DNA from: Mycolicibacterium smegmatis
GTDB lineage: Bacteria; Actinomycetota; Actinomycetes; Mycobacteriales; Mycobacteriaceae
Direction of reading: 5' to 3'
DNA: 32,000 nucleotides
NCBI RefSeq assembly: GCF_001457595.1
Contig: NZ_LN831039.1
Location: 5,220,001 to 5,252,000, forward strand
The notes beneath the pieces were generated by a model, which did no database searches, was not told the DNA's origin, and worked only from the letters and a program-made list of their open reading frames with translations. The stretch's first letter is position 1. Each line of letters begins with the position of its first letter. This document shows, one piece after another, positions 11,247 to 23,146 of the stretch. The translations under genes and the position numbers were made by a program.

Positions 11247-11294
11247 TTGTCCGATCCAACAACACTGCATCGTCAACCCAGTAACATCGGACAA
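11247..11294. promoter_or_regulatory. Perfect 9-bp inverted repeat TTGTCCGAT-N30-ATCGGACAA in the pruA/pruC divergent intergenic region
   Basis: Read directly: TTGTCCGAT at 11247-11255 and ATCGGACAA at 11286-11294. Confidence 0.6.
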
Positions 11295-11295
11295 C

Positions 11296-12873
11296 ATGCA
11301 CGCGCCCGGTGTCAGCCTGGGCCAACTGCTGTTGGCCCTCGACGCGACGCTGGTCCGGCTCGTCGAGGCACCACGCGGGCTGGACCTGCCGGTGGCGTCG
11401 GCCGCGCTGATCGACTCCGACGACGTCCGCTTCGGTCTCGCGCCCGCGGCGGGCTCGGCGGATCTGTTCTTCCTGCTGGGGGTATCCGAATCCGACGCGC
11501 TCGCCTGGGTCGACCATCAGGCGGACCACCGGCCTCCCGCGGCGATCTTCGTCAAGGAACCGTCGCAGGCGATCGTCGACCGTGCCACCGCGGCCGGTAT
11601 CGCCGTGGTCGCCGTCGACACCCGCGCCCGCTGGGAGCGGCTCTACCGCCTGGTCAACCACGTCTTCGAACACCACAACGACCGTGCGCTGCACGATTCC
11701 GGGACCGACCTGTTCGGCCTCGCGCAATCGGTCGCCGAACGCACCCACGGCATGGTGAGCATCGAGGACGCACAGTCCCATGTGCTGGCGTACTCGGCGT
11801 CCAACGAGGAGGCCGACGAACTGCGCAGGCTGTCGATCCTCGGGCGGGCCGGTCCGCCCGAGCACCTGGACTGGATCGCGCAGTGGGGCATCTTCGACGC
11901 GCTGCGGGCCAAACCCGACGTCGTGCGTGTCGCCGAGCGTCCCGAACTGGGGCTGCGGCCGCGGTTGGCCATCGGGATCTTCCAGCCGGCGCCCGACGAG
12001 CGTCGTGCACCGACGTTCGCGGGGACGATCTGGGTGCAGCAGGGCAGCCGACCGCTGGCCGAGGACGCCGAGGAGGTGCTGCGCGGCGCCGCGGTGCTGG
12101 CGGCACGCATCATGGCGCGGTTGGCGGCGACCCCGTCGAGCGACGCCGTGCGTCTACAGGAACTGCTGGGCCTGCGTCCCACCGACGAACCCGTCGACGT
12201 CGAGCAGGTCGCACGCGAACTCGGCATCACCGCCGACGGACGCGCCGCGCTGATCGGGTTCGACGCGGGCTCACCGAGCACACGGATCGCCGACGTCCTG
12301 TCGCTGAGCGCCAGCGCATTTCGTTCCGACGCACAGATCACGTCGTCGCGCACGCGCGTGTACGTGCTGTTCCCCAACACCGGCAAGCCCGGCGCGGTCA
12401 CGTCGTGGCTCCGCGGCACGGTCTCGGCGCTGCGCGCCGAGCTCGGCATCGAGTTGTACGCCGTCATCGCCGCCCCGGTCGCCGGCCTGGCGGGCGCCGC
12501 GGCAGCGCGCACCGAGGTGGATCGGGTCCTGGACAGCGCCGGGCGTCATCCCGGCGCGCTCGGCCAGGTCACCTCACTGGCCGAGGCCCGCACGACCGTG
12601 CTGCTCGACGAGATCATCACCGCGATCGCCTCGGACGACCGGTTCATCGATCCGCGGGTCCGCGCGCTGCGCACCGAAGAACCCGTGCTCGCCGAGACCC
12701 TGCGCGTCTACCTGGACAGCTTCGGAGACGTCGCGGCGGCGGCGCAGTCGATGCACGTGCACCCGAACACCGTGCGCTACCGCGTCCGCCGCGTCGAGCA
12801 ACTGCTCGGAACGTCGCTGGGAGACCCCGACGTGCGCCTGCTGTTGTCGCTGAGTCTGCGCGCGACCGCGTGA
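11296..12873 (+). CDS. pruC: PucR-family transcriptional regulator, probable activator of proline catabolism
   Basis: 525 aa; PucR N-terminal domain and C-terminal HTH (DVAAAAQSMHVHPNTVRYRVRRVEQLLG); divergent from pruA. Confidence 0.85.
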   Translation: MHAPGVSLGQLLLALDATLVRLVEAPRGLDLPVASAALIDSDDVRFGLAPAAGSADLFFLLGVSESDALAWVDHQADHRPPAAIFVKEPSQAIVDRATAAGIAVVAVDTRARWERLYRLVNHVFEHHNDRALHDSGTDLFGLAQSVAERTHGMVSIEDAQSHVLAYSASNEEADELRRLSILGRAGPPEHLDWIAQWGIFDALRAKPDVVRVAERPELGLRPRLAIGIFQPAPDERRAPTFAGTIWVQQGSRPLAEDAEEVLRGAAVLAARIMARLAATPSSDAVRLQELLGLRPTDEPVDVEQVARELGITADGRAALIGFDAGSPSTRIADVLSLSASAFRSDAQITSSRTRVYVLFPNTGKPGAVTSWLRGTVSALRAELGIELYAVIAAPVAGLAGAAAARTEVDRVLDSAGRHPGALGQVTSLAEARTTVLLDEIITAIASDDRFIDPRVRALRTEEPVLAETLRVYLDSFGDVAAAAQSMHVHPNTVRYRVRRVEQLLGTSLGDPDVRLLLSLSLRATA

Positions 12874-12874
12874 A

Positions 12875-13978
12875 CTAGCCGGCGAGGCGTTCGGCGGCCT
12901 GCTGAATGCGCTCGTCGGTGGCTGTCAGTGCCACCCGCACGTACCGGTCCCCCGCGGGCCCGTAGAACTCGCCCGGTGCGACCAGGATGCCGAGTTCGGC
13001 GAGCCACCGCAGCGTGTCGCGGCAGGCCTCGCCGCGGGTGGCCCACAGATACAGGCCCGCCTCGGAATGGTCGACGGTGAAACCCGCCTCGCGGAACGCG
13101 GGCAGCAGCAGGTTGCGACGCTGCGCGTAGCGATCCCGTTGCACGGCTTCGTGTTCGTCGTCGTCGAGCGCGGCGACCATCGCCACCTGGATCGGGCCCG
13201 GCACCATCATCCCGGCGTGCTTGCGGACCGCGAGCAGTTCGGCGACCACGGCCGGATCTCCCGCGACGAAACCGGCGCGGTACCCCGCGAGCGATGACGT
13301 CTTCGACAGCGAATGGATGGCCAGCAGCCCGGTGTGGTCACCGTCGCACACGGACGGATGCAGCACGCTGACCGGATCGGCATCCCAGCTCAGCCCCAGA
13401 TAGCACTCGTCGGAGGCCACCAGCACGCCCCGCTCACGGGCCCAGGTCACGACCTTGCGGAGATGGTCGCGGCCCAGCACCCGGCCGGTGGGATTGCTCG
13501 GCGAGTTCAGGTAGATCAGTGCGGGCACCTGCGGCCCGATCTGCGTCAGCGAGTCCGCGCGCAGCACCTGCGCGCCCGCCAACCGCGCGCCCACCTCGTA
13601 TGTGGGATAGGCCAGTTCGGGCACGACGACCACGTCGTCGGGCCCCAGGCCGAGCAGCGTCGGCAACCAGGCGATCAGCTCCTTGGTGCCGATCACGGGC
13701 AGCACGGTCTGCGGCGTCAGTCCGGTGATGCCGTAGCGGCGGTGCAAGGCACGCACCATGGCCTCACGCAGTTCCGGCGTCCCCGCGGTGGTCGGGTAGC
13801 CGGGTGACGAACTCCCGGCCGCCAACGCGTCGCGGATGACGGGCGCCACCGGGTCCACCGGGGTGCCCACCGAAAGGTCGACGATGCCGTCAGGGTGTGA
13901 ACGTGCCAGCGCCGTGACGTCCGCCAGGGTGTCCCACGGAAACTCTGGCAGTGTCGCCGAGCGGCGCTGACGCACCAT
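12875..13978 (-). CDS. dapC: Succinyldiaminopimelate aminotransferase (PLP class I/II)
   Basis: 367 aa; PVIGTKELIAWLP, YLNSPSNPTGRVLG, SLSKTSSLAGYRAGF PLP-lysine region; next to fdxC as in other mycobacteria. Confidence 0.87.
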   Translation of the reverse strand: MVRQRRSATLPEFPWDTLADVTALARSHPDGIVDLSVGTPVDPVAPVIRDALAAGSSSPGYPTTAGTPELREAMVRALHRRYGITGLTPQTVLPVIGTKELIAWLPTLLGLGPDDVVVVPELAYPTYEVGARLAGAQVLRADSLTQIGPQVPALIYLNSPSNPTGRVLGRDHLRKVVTWARERGVLVASDECYLGLSWDADPVSVLHPSVCDGDHTGLLAIHSLSKTSSLAGYRAGFVAGDPAVVAELLAVRKHAGMMVPGPIQVAMVAALDDDEHEAVQRDRYAQRRNLLLPAFREAGFTVDHSEAGLYLWATRGEACRDTLRWLAELGILVAPGEFYGPAGDRYVRVALTATDERIQQAAERLAG

Positions 13979-13995
13979 CGGTGTCCCGACCGTGA

Positions 13996-14319
13996 TCAGT
14001 CCTCACCCTGAGGCGGAAGATCCTTGATGGCCTGCGGATCGTTGTCCGTCTGGCCCACCTTGGAGGCCCCGCCCGGCGAGCCGAGTTCGGCGAAGAAGTC
14101 GGCGTTGGCCTGGGCGTAGCTGCTCCACTGGTCAGGCACATCATCTTCGTAGTAGATGGCCTCGACGGGGCAGACCGGCTCACAGGCGCCACAGTCCACG
14201 CATTCGTCGGGGTGGATGTACAGCATGCGTGCGCCCTCGTAGATGCAATCGACAGGGCATTCCTCGATGCATGCCTTGTCCTTGACGTCGACGCAGGGTT
14301 CGGCAATGACGTACGTCAC
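13996..14319 (-). CDS. fdxC: 7Fe ferredoxin
   Basis: 107 aa; CVDVKDKACIEECPVDCIYEG and CVDCGACEPVCPVEAIYYEDDVP. Confidence 0.93.
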   Translation of the reverse strand: MTYVIAEPCVDVKDKACIEECPVDCIYEGARMLYIHPDECVDCGACEPVCPVEAIYYEDDVPDQWSSYAQANADFFAELGSPGGASKVGQTDNDPQAIKDLPPQGED

Positions 14320-14540
14320 TGATGTCTCTCCTGTCCAGTGGGCTGCTGGTCGGGTGCGGGGTCAGGACTCGTGAGTCCGTCGCGACAGTATGCGTTGCCC
14401 ATACTTGGACGCGCGTCTCAGTGTGCCCTAACTTGCGCGCCGCCCAGTTAAGGGTGGCGCGTGGTTACTGATACTAAACGTCGCACATACAGCTCGCCTA
14501 GTGGCCACGCTGTGCAGTCGCACAGGCCTCCTGGCCGGCC

Positions 14541-15671
14541 TCATCCGAGCAGGGCCTTGCCGAACAATTCGTTGCCCACAGCCGCGTTGAAGGCGGCGTG
14601 CCGCGCCCCGATGGCGATGTCACCGGCCATGCGCCGCAGGGGGCTTGCATCGAAAAGCCCACTCGATCCGTGAACATCGACCAGCGTGTCGACCGCAGCA
14701 CGGATCTCTCGGACCGCGTGGCTGCTCTGGGCTTGCGTTCGGGCCTGGGCGAGCCCGTCCGGGAACGAGCCGGCGTCGGCATGCCGGATCACGAATTCCG
14801 TCACGGACCGTGCGTGCAGCTGCGCGGTCTGCAATCCCAGCGCGGCGTCGGCGATCTGGAGCTGAACACCCACCGACTCGCCCTGGGTGCGGTTGCCCGG
14901 GGTGTGGGCGATCTTCTTGTGGGCAGCGGCCTCGACGACGAAGTTCAGCGCAGCGGTACCCACGCCGAGCAGCGCGCCGAGCAGCACGGCTCCTCCGACC
15001 GCCTGGAACGGCAGACGGTAGAGCGGATCGAGCCCGGACACCGCCTCGTCGCGGAGCGCGTCCAGCCGGATGAACCGGTGGGTCGGAACGAAGACGTCGT
15101 CGACGACCACGGTGTTGCTACCGGTGCCCCGCAACCCTGAGGTGTGCCACGTATCAGCGATGTGAACCTCGGCCATGGGCATGACGGCGAACGCCGGCGC
15201 CGACGGTGATCCGTCCTCGTCGGTCGGCGTCACCACAACCGCGGCCCACGAGGCATGGCGTGATCCCGAGGCGTAGGACCACCGTCCGCTGACCACGAGG
15301 CCTCCGGCTGCGGGCCGGGCCGTACCGCTTCCCGAGCCCCCGCCGGCGATCCGGGCGTCAGGATCGGCTCCGAAAACTTCGTCCTGCAGTTCGGGCGATC
15401 CGTGCGCCATGAGCCACGACGACCCGGCGGCGACGCCGACCAACCACGCCGCCGACCCGTCGGCCTCGCCCAGGACTGCGGCCACCTCCTGCACCGTGCC
15501 AAGGTCCGCCTCCAGTCCGCCGAACCGCCGGGGCGTGAACATCCGGAACATCCCGGCGTCCTGCAGCGCCTCGATCACCTCGTCGGCGGCGCGCCGGTGG
15601 ACATCACCGAACTCGGCGAACTCACGCAGTACCGGATGCAGGCCGTATGCAGCTTCGATGATGTCGGTCAA
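14541..15671 (-). CDS. Acyl-CoA dehydrogenase-fold flavoprotein (group D flavin monooxygenase-like)
   Basis: 376 aa; MFRMFTPRRFGGLEADLGTVQEVAAVLGEADGSAAWLVG, ASGSRHASWAAVV, TSGLRGTGSNTVVVDDVFVP. Confidence 0.85.
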   Translation of the reverse strand: MTDIIEAAYGLHPVLREFAEFGDVHRRAADEVIEALQDAGMFRMFTPRRFGGLEADLGTVQEVAAVLGEADGSAAWLVGVAAGSSWLMAHGSPELQDEVFGADPDARIAGGGSGSGTARPAAGGLVVSGRWSYASGSRHASWAAVVVTPTDEDGSPSAPAFAVMPMAEVHIADTWHTSGLRGTGSNTVVVDDVFVPTHRFIRLDALRDEAVSGLDPLYRLPFQAVGGAVLLGALLGVGTAALNFVVEAAAHKKIAHTPGNRTQGESVGVQLQIADAALGLQTAQLHARSVTEFVIRHADAGSFPDGLAQARTQAQSSHAVREIRAAVDTLVDVHGSSGLFDASPLRRMAGDIAIGARHAAFNAAVGNELFGKALLG

Positions 15672-15701
15672 CAGTGAACCTCACAGATAGGCGATGCTTG
15701 A

Positions 15702-17804
<2,103 letters not shown>

Positions 17805-17814
17805 TCGGTGCCTT

Positions 17815-17878
17815 CTTTGCACCGCGAGCACTTTGCACCGCGAGCACTTTGCACCGCGAGCACTTTGCACCGCGAGCG
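17815..17878. repeat. Tandem array, 4 copies of a 16-bp unit CTTTGCACCGCGAGCA (last base differs in copy 4)
   Basis: Read directly: CTTTGCACCGCGAGCA x3 then CTTTGCACCGCGAGCG. Confidence 0.95.
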
Positions 17879-17938
17879 TGCATGCCTGCCGCCCAACACG
17901 CCGCCGAACAGCAGCATTGCGCGCACGCTCGCCGGGGC

Positions 17939-18487
17939 TCACGCCTGCTTGAGCGCCTCGATGTTCAGGGTGATGGTGATGTTCTCACCGACCACGGCGC
18001 CGCCGGTTTCCAGCGGCATGTCGATGTCGATGCCGAATTCCTTGCGGTTGAGCACGACGGAGGCCTCGAACCCGGCGACCGCGCCGTGGCCCATGCCCGG
18101 GTTGACGCCGTCGAACACGAGATTCAGGCTGACCGGCTTGGTGATGCCCTTGAGGGTGAAGTCGCCGTCGACCACGTAGCCGTCGCCCTTCTGCGTGACA
18201 CCGGTGGAGACGAATGTGGCGACCGGGAACTTCTCGACGTCGAAGTAGTCGGCCGACTTGAGGTGCTCGTCGCGCTGCTCGTTGCCCGTGTGGATCGAGT
18301 CGACCGCGATCTCGGCGCTCACTGACGGAGTGCCGTCCTCGGCCACGGTGATCTCACCGCTGAACTTCTCGAACGTTCCACGCACCTTGCTGACCACCAG
18401 GTGGCGGACCGAGAAGCTGATGGACGAGTGCAACGGGTCGATGGCCCAGGTGCCGGTGGTCAGGTCGGTGGCTACCGCAACGGTCAT
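17939..18487 (-). CDS. YceI family protein (lipocalin-like polyisoprenoid-binding fold)
   Basis: MTVAVATDLTTGTWAIDPLHSSISFSVRHLVVSKVRGTFEKFSGEI...; start trimmed from the 18571 ORF start. Confidence 0.9.
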   Translation of the reverse strand: MTVAVATDLTTGTWAIDPLHSSISFSVRHLVVSKVRGTFEKFSGEITVAEDGTPSVSAEIAVDSIHTGNEQRDEHLKSADYFDVEKFPVATFVSTGVTQKGDGYVVDGDFTLKGITKPVSLNLVFDGVNPGMGHGAVAGFEASVVLNRKEFGIDIDMPLETGGAVVGENITITLNIEALKQA

Positions 18488-18671
18488 GACTTTCTCCTTG
18501 CCAGTTCGGGGCCGGCCTTTCCGGCACCCTTGCACCATCCAAACGGACCGCAGTCCGATTTGATTCCCCAAAAGGGTGTCAGTTGGCTGGGAGTTTCTGG
18601 TGCACGCTCACAGCCCGCGAGCGTGCGCGGGCTGCTGCTATTTCACGGCGTTTTGTACAGCAGCCACGCAC

Positions 18672-18718
18672 GCTCGCGGTGCCGGGTGCGCTCGCGGTGC
18701 CGGGTCCGCTCGCGGTGC
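18672..18718. repeat. Tandem array, three GCTCGCGGTGC cores at 18-bp period (GCTCGCGGTGCCGGGTSC unit)
   Basis: Cores at 18672-18682, 18690-18700 and 18708-18718, read directly. Confidence 0.93.
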
Positions 18719-18758
18719 AGAGGTGACCCCCGACCTCGCGGTGAAGGGCCAGAGACCT

Positions 18759-21338
18759 CTACGCGGCCAGGGGCGCGTAGGTGGTGGTGCGCTGGCGGGC
18801 GGGACGGCCGATGCCCTCGGCGATCGCGACCAGCTCTTCGACGGTCTTGGCCGAACCGTTCTCGGAGCCGGCCATGCGGGAGATGGTCTCCTCCATGAGC
18901 GTGCCGCCGAGGTCGTTGGCGCCGCCACGCAGCATGACCTGCGTGCGCTCGATGCCGAGCTTGACCCAGCTGGTCTGGATGTGGTCGATCCGGCCGTGCA
19001 GCATGATCCGGGCCAGGGCGTGGACGGCACGGTTGTCGCGGTGCGTCGGGCCGGGGCGGGAGCCGCCGGCCAGGTACAGCGGCGACGACTGGTGCACGAA
19101 CGGCAGCGGCACGAACTCGGTGAACCCGCCGGTGCGGTCCTGGATGGACTTGATGACGTTGAGGTGTCCGACCCAGTGACGTGGCTGGTCGACGTGGCCG
19201 TACATCATGGTCGAGCTGGACCGCAGGCCGACCTCGTGCGCGGTGGTGATCACCTCGATCCACATCGAGGTGGGCAGCTTGCCCTTGGTGAGCACCCAGC
19301 GGACCTCGTCGTCGAGGATCTCGGCGGCCGTGCCGGGGATGGTGTCCAGCCCGGCCTCGCGCAGCACGGTCAGCCATTCACGGATCGACATGCCGCTGCG
19401 GGTCACGCCGTTGGCGATCTCCATCGGCGAGAACGCGTGCACATGCATCGACGGCACACGCTTCTTGACCGCACGCACCAGATCGGCGTATCCGGTCACG
19501 GGCAGTTCAGGGTCGATGCCGCCCTGCATACACACCTCGGTGGCACCTGCGACGTGCGCCTCCCAGGCACGGTCGGCGACCTCGTCGACCGAGAGCGAGT
19601 ACGCGTCGGCGTCGCCCTTGCGCTGCGCGAACGCGCAGAACCGGCAGCCGGTGTAGCAGATGTTGGTGAAGTTGATGTTGCGGTTGACGACGAACGTGAC
19701 GTCGTCACCGACGGCATCGCGGCGCAGTGAATCAGCCAGTGCGGTAACGGCTTCCAGCGCAGGGCCGTCGGCGGTTGCCAGCGCCAGGTACTCGTCGTCG
19801 CTGCATCCGCCCGGGTTGCGTTCGGCCGATCGCAGTGCCGACAGCACATCGGTGTCGATGCGCTCGGGGGCACGTGCGGCGAGTTCGGAGACCTTCTCGC
19901 GGATCGACTCCCAATCACCGAACGCGCTGTCGAGATCGCTGCGGGTGTCGGTCAACCGGCCCTCGGCGTCGATCGCGGTGTGCAGATCGGTGCGGCCCAG
20001 GGATTCGGAGGCCTCGTCGGGCTCCTGCCACGGCAGGCCCGACGGGTTGACGTCGAGCGCGTAACCGGTGTCGGGGTCGGCCAGCGCATCGACGTGCGCG
20101 CGCACTCGCGGATCGATCCACGCCGCGCCGGCCTGTACGTACTGCGGCTGGGCGGTCAGACGCTGCACCAGGTCGTAGCCGGCCTCGGCGGTGACGTCGG
20201 CCAGCTCATCCAGTGCGGGCCAAGGCCTTTCGGGGTTCACATGGTCCGGCGTCAGCGGCGACACCCCACCCCAGTCGTCGACGCCTGCGCCGATGAGCGC
20301 CAGACATTCGTCGCGCGACACCAGGTTCGGCGGCGCCTGGATGCGCATCTTCGGCCCCAGCACCAGCCGCGTCACCGCGACGGTCGCGAGGAAGTCGTCG
20401 ATGTCGGCATCGGGTGTCGACGCCATCGCCGTGCGGTCCTTGGCGCGGAAATTCTGCACGATCACTTCCTGGACGTGCCCGAACTCCTTGTGCGAACGCC
20501 GGATCGCGTGCATGGTCTCGGCACGCTCGGCCAGCGTCTCACCGATGCCCACCAGCAGTCCCGTGGTGAACGGGATGGACAGCCGTCCCGCGTCGTCGAG
20601 CGTGCGCAGGCGCACCGCGGGATCCTTGTCCGGGCTGCCGTAGTGCGCTTCGCCTTTGGTCTCGAACAGGCGCCGCGACGTGGTCTCCAGCATCATGCCC
20701 ATCGACGGCGCGACCGGCTTGAGCCGCGACAGCTCCGACCAGCTCATGACGCCGGGATTGAGATGCGGCAGCAGGCCGGTCTCTTCGAGCACGCGGATCG
20801 CCATGGCCCGGACGTAGTCCAGCGTGGAGTCGTAACCACGCTCGTCCAGCCACTGGCGGGCTTCCTCCCACCGGTCCTCGGGGCGGTCGCCGAGCGTGAA
20901 AAGGGCCTCTTTGCAACCCAGTTCAGCTCCTTGACGGGCGACGTCCAGGATCTCGTCAGGCTCCATGTACATGCCCATGCCCTGCGCGCGCAGCTTGCCG
21001 GGCACGGTCACGAACGTGCAGTAGTGGCACGTGTCGCGGCACAGATGTGTCACCGGGATGAACACCTTGCGCGAGTAGCTCACCGGCAGCCTGCCGTTCG
21101 GACCGCGCCGCCCCGCCGTGGTCAACCCGGCGTCGCGCACCCGGGCCGCGCTGGCACACAGGTCGGCGAGATCGTCGCCGCGTGCCGTCATCGCGATGGC
21201 GGCTTCATCCACGTTCAGGGCGACACCGTCGCGGGCTCGCCGCAATACACGTCGCAGAGCTGCAGGACTCGGCGTTACGGCGGGCGGAGGGACCAGTGGG
21301 ACACCCAGATCGGCGCCGTGCTCGGAGTTCAAAGCCAC
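18759..21338 (-). CDS. fbiC: FO synthase (7,8-didemethyl-8-hydroxy-5-deazariboflavin synthase), F420 biosynthesis
   Basis: Two radical SAM motifs: [10 protein letters not shown] and [10 protein letters not shown]-type ([14 protein letters not shown]); frame open to 21383, likely GTG start at 21338 (or nearby TTG). Confidence 0.95.
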   Translation of the reverse strand: MALNSEHGADLGVPLVPPPAVTPSPAALRRVLRRARDGVALNVDEAAIAMTARGDDLADLCASAARVRDAGLTTAGRRGPNGRLPVSYSRKVFIPVTHLCRDTCHYCTFVTVPGKLRAQGMGMYMEPDEILDVARQGAELGCKEALFTLGDRPEDRWEEARQWLDERGYDSTLDYVRAMAIRVLEETGLLPHLNPGVMSWSELSRLKPVAPSMGMMLETTSRRLFETKGEAHYGSPDKDPAVRLRTLDDAGRLSIPFTTGLLVGIGETLAERAETMHAIRRSHKEFGHVQEVIVQNFRAKDRTAMASTPDADIDDFLATVAVTRLVLGPKMRIQAPPNLVSRDECLALIGAGVDDWGGVSPLTPDHVNPERPWPALDELADVTAEAGYDLVQRLTAQPQYVQAGAAWIDPRVRAHVDALADPDTGYALDVNPSGLPWQEPDEASESLGRTDLHTAIDAEGRLTDTRSDLDSAFGDWESIREKVSELAARAPERIDTDVLSALRSAERNPGGCSDDEYLALATADGPALEAVTALADSLRRDAVGDDVTFVVNRNINFTNICYTGCRFCAFAQRKGDADAYSLSVDEVADRAWEAHVAGATEVCMQGGIDPELPVTGYADLVRAVKKRVPSMHVHAFSPMEIANGVTRSGMSIREWLTVLREAGLDTIPGTAAEILDDEVRWVLTKGKLPTSMWIEVITTAHEVGLRSSSTMMYGHVDQPRHWVGHLNVIKSIQDRTGGFTEFVPLPFVHQSSPLYLAGGSRPGPTHRDNRAVHALARIMLHGRIDHIQTSWVKLGIERTQVMLRGGANDLGGTLMEETISRMAGSENGSAKTVEELVAIAEGIGRPARQRTTTYAPLAA

Positions 21339-21586
21339 TCCCGAATAACTCCACGAGAGTCGAGATTCATCCACGCGTCTCACATTCTGGATCTACTACG
21401 CCTGGCATACGGGTCACAGTAGTCCCAGCAGCCGGTGCCGTGCCGACCTGCCCGCGCATCGCGGGGGTCGACGCGCGTCATCCGACTCGCCTTGAGAAGA
21501 CCCGGGAAATTTTATTGCTCCGCCCAGTAAAGTCACATCAGCGATACGGCCGAATTTTTGTCAGGGTGGGTTTCTGGGGTGCTGTC

Positions 21587-22741
21587 ATGACTGTCTCTGT
21601 CCGCGCTTACCTGATGGCGGGTGCGGCCGCGGCCACGGCAACGACCATCGCGCTGACCTCGGTGCAGGTGACACCCCCTGACGTCGTGGTTCCCGCGCAA
21701 CCGACCGCGCCGCAGCCCGAGCTGACACAGGCCATGGTCGACCTGCTGGCCGCGGCACGCCGGACCACCATCACCATCCCCGTACCGCCCGACGCGCCCA
21801 GGGTGGCCCCGCCGCACGGCAACGCCGCCCCCGACGCGCAGGCAACCGCCTCAGGCGACGTCACGGTGCAGAACGCGGCGAGCGATTTCGTCGTCGACGC
21901 GTGGGAAGCGGCAGTGCCGTGGATCGACTACGGGGTCGGCCTGGTCGACGGCGCGCTCGGCTGGGTTCCCGGCCTGGCGATCGTCGGCAATCAGGTGTCG
22001 CTGCTGTGGACGTATCTCGGATACCCGGTCGCCAACAGCGTCGTGCTGGATCTGGTGGCACCGGTGGTGAACGCGCCGCTGAACCTCGACGTGTGGGCCA
22101 ACGGGTTCGGTGCGGTGGCCTCGACAACCGCGAACAGCCTGGTCAACACGGGTGTGGCGGAGTTCAACTACTTCTTCGGCTGGCTGATCCCGCCCGTCGC
22201 GCTCACCACGCCGACCGAGACCCTTGCCTTCGACGCGACGGTCGGTGCCGATCTGCTCAAGCAGGCGCGTGCGGCTGTGACGAGCCTCGTCGAGCCCGCC
22301 GAGGGTGCCGAAGCTGCGGAAGCCTCTGAGGCACCGAAGGCGCCTGAGTCGCTCGAGTCACCCGAGAAGCCCGAGACGAAGACGCCAGATGCACCGGCGG
22401 CCGAGTTCTCCGCGCCGGCCGGGACCACGGAGAACACAGCGAGCGGGGTCACCGAAAACGCCGAGAACACCGAGGTCGTGGAAGACACCACGACACCCAC
22501 GAAAGCCGACACCAGCACCAAAGCACCGGTCAAACCGGTGCGCACCATCACCAAGAACATCAAGCGCGATCTGAAGAAGGCCACGGCCGGTCTGCGGGGC
22601 GTCGTGAAGGACATCCGTGACGGGCTGGTCAAACCGAAGAAGCCCGCGACCAAGCCCAGCAAGAAGGCAGAGCCCACCAAGAAGGCCGAGCCTTCCAAGC
22701 AGAGTGCTTCAGAGTCGTCGAGCAGCGACTCCGACGACTGA
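21587..22741 (+). CDS. Uncharacterised exported-type protein with Lys/Pro/Ser-rich C-terminal tail
   Basis: 384 aa from MTVSVRAYLMAGAAAATATTIALTSVQVTPP; hydrophobic N-terminus; tail PKKPATKPSKKAEPTKKAEPSKQSASESSSSDSDD. Confidence 0.75.
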   Translation: MTVSVRAYLMAGAAAATATTIALTSVQVTPPDVVVPAQPTAPQPELTQAMVDLLAAARRTTITIPVPPDAPRVAPPHGNAAPDAQATASGDVTVQNAASDFVVDAWEAAVPWIDYGVGLVDGALGWVPGLAIVGNQVSLLWTYLGYPVANSVVLDLVAPVVNAPLNLDVWANGFGAVASTTANSLVNTGVAEFNYFFGWLIPPVALTTPTETLAFDATVGADLLKQARAAVTSLVEPAEGAEAAEASEAPKAPESLESPEKPETKTPDAPAAEFSAPAGTTENTASGVTENAENTEVVEDTTTPTKADTSTKAPVKPVRTITKNIKRDLKKATAGLRGVVKDIRDGLVKPKKPATKPSKKAEPTKKAEPSKQSASESSSSDSDD

Positions 22742-23146
22742 CTAGTGGAAGCGGCGCCGCAGGAACCACACCGCGGGTAGCGAGCCCACCGCGAGGAAGA
22801 TCATCGCGCCGAAGGCATACAGGCCGGTGCCGGCGAAGATCAGGTCGCCGCCCGGCCCGCCGAGCGTCATCACCACGACCATCGCGAGGAACGTCCACAG
22901 CGGCAGTCCCGCGAGCAGCAGCGAGTCCGACCAGTGGGCGGCCGCCCATACGAGCGCGAGGTTCACCGCGCCGGTCAGCACGGCGCTGATGGGAAAAGGA
23001 ATGGTGCCGATGTAGATCGGCAGGAAGAGCGCGCCCACGACGGCCGAGATGACGCCGTCGATGGCGAGCAGGGTCAGAACGATTCCGGCCCTGGAGGTCA
23101 GGTCGGGATGCTGTCGAGCAGCGACACCAGCGAGCCGACGACCCAC
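22742..23146 (-). CDS. Small membrane protein (Rv1171-like position, downstream of mshB); start uncertain (frame open to 23248)
   Basis: Hydrophobic segments AGIVLTLLAIDGVISAVVGALFLPIYIGTI, FLAMVVVMTLGG, YAFGAMIFLAVGSLPAVWFLRRRFH; GTG at 23146 is one candidate start. Confidence 0.6.
   Translation of the reverse strand: MGRRLAGVAARQHPDLTSRAGIVLTLLAIDGVISAVVGALFLPIYIGTIPFPISAVLTGAVNLALVWAAAHWSDSLLLAGLPLWTFLAMVVVMTLGGPGGDLIFAGTGLYAFGAMIFLAVGSLPAVWFLRRRFH

Noticed and set aside
17815-17878. Possible mini-CRISPR
   Set aside because: Direct 16-bp tandem copies without spacers and no cas genes nearby.
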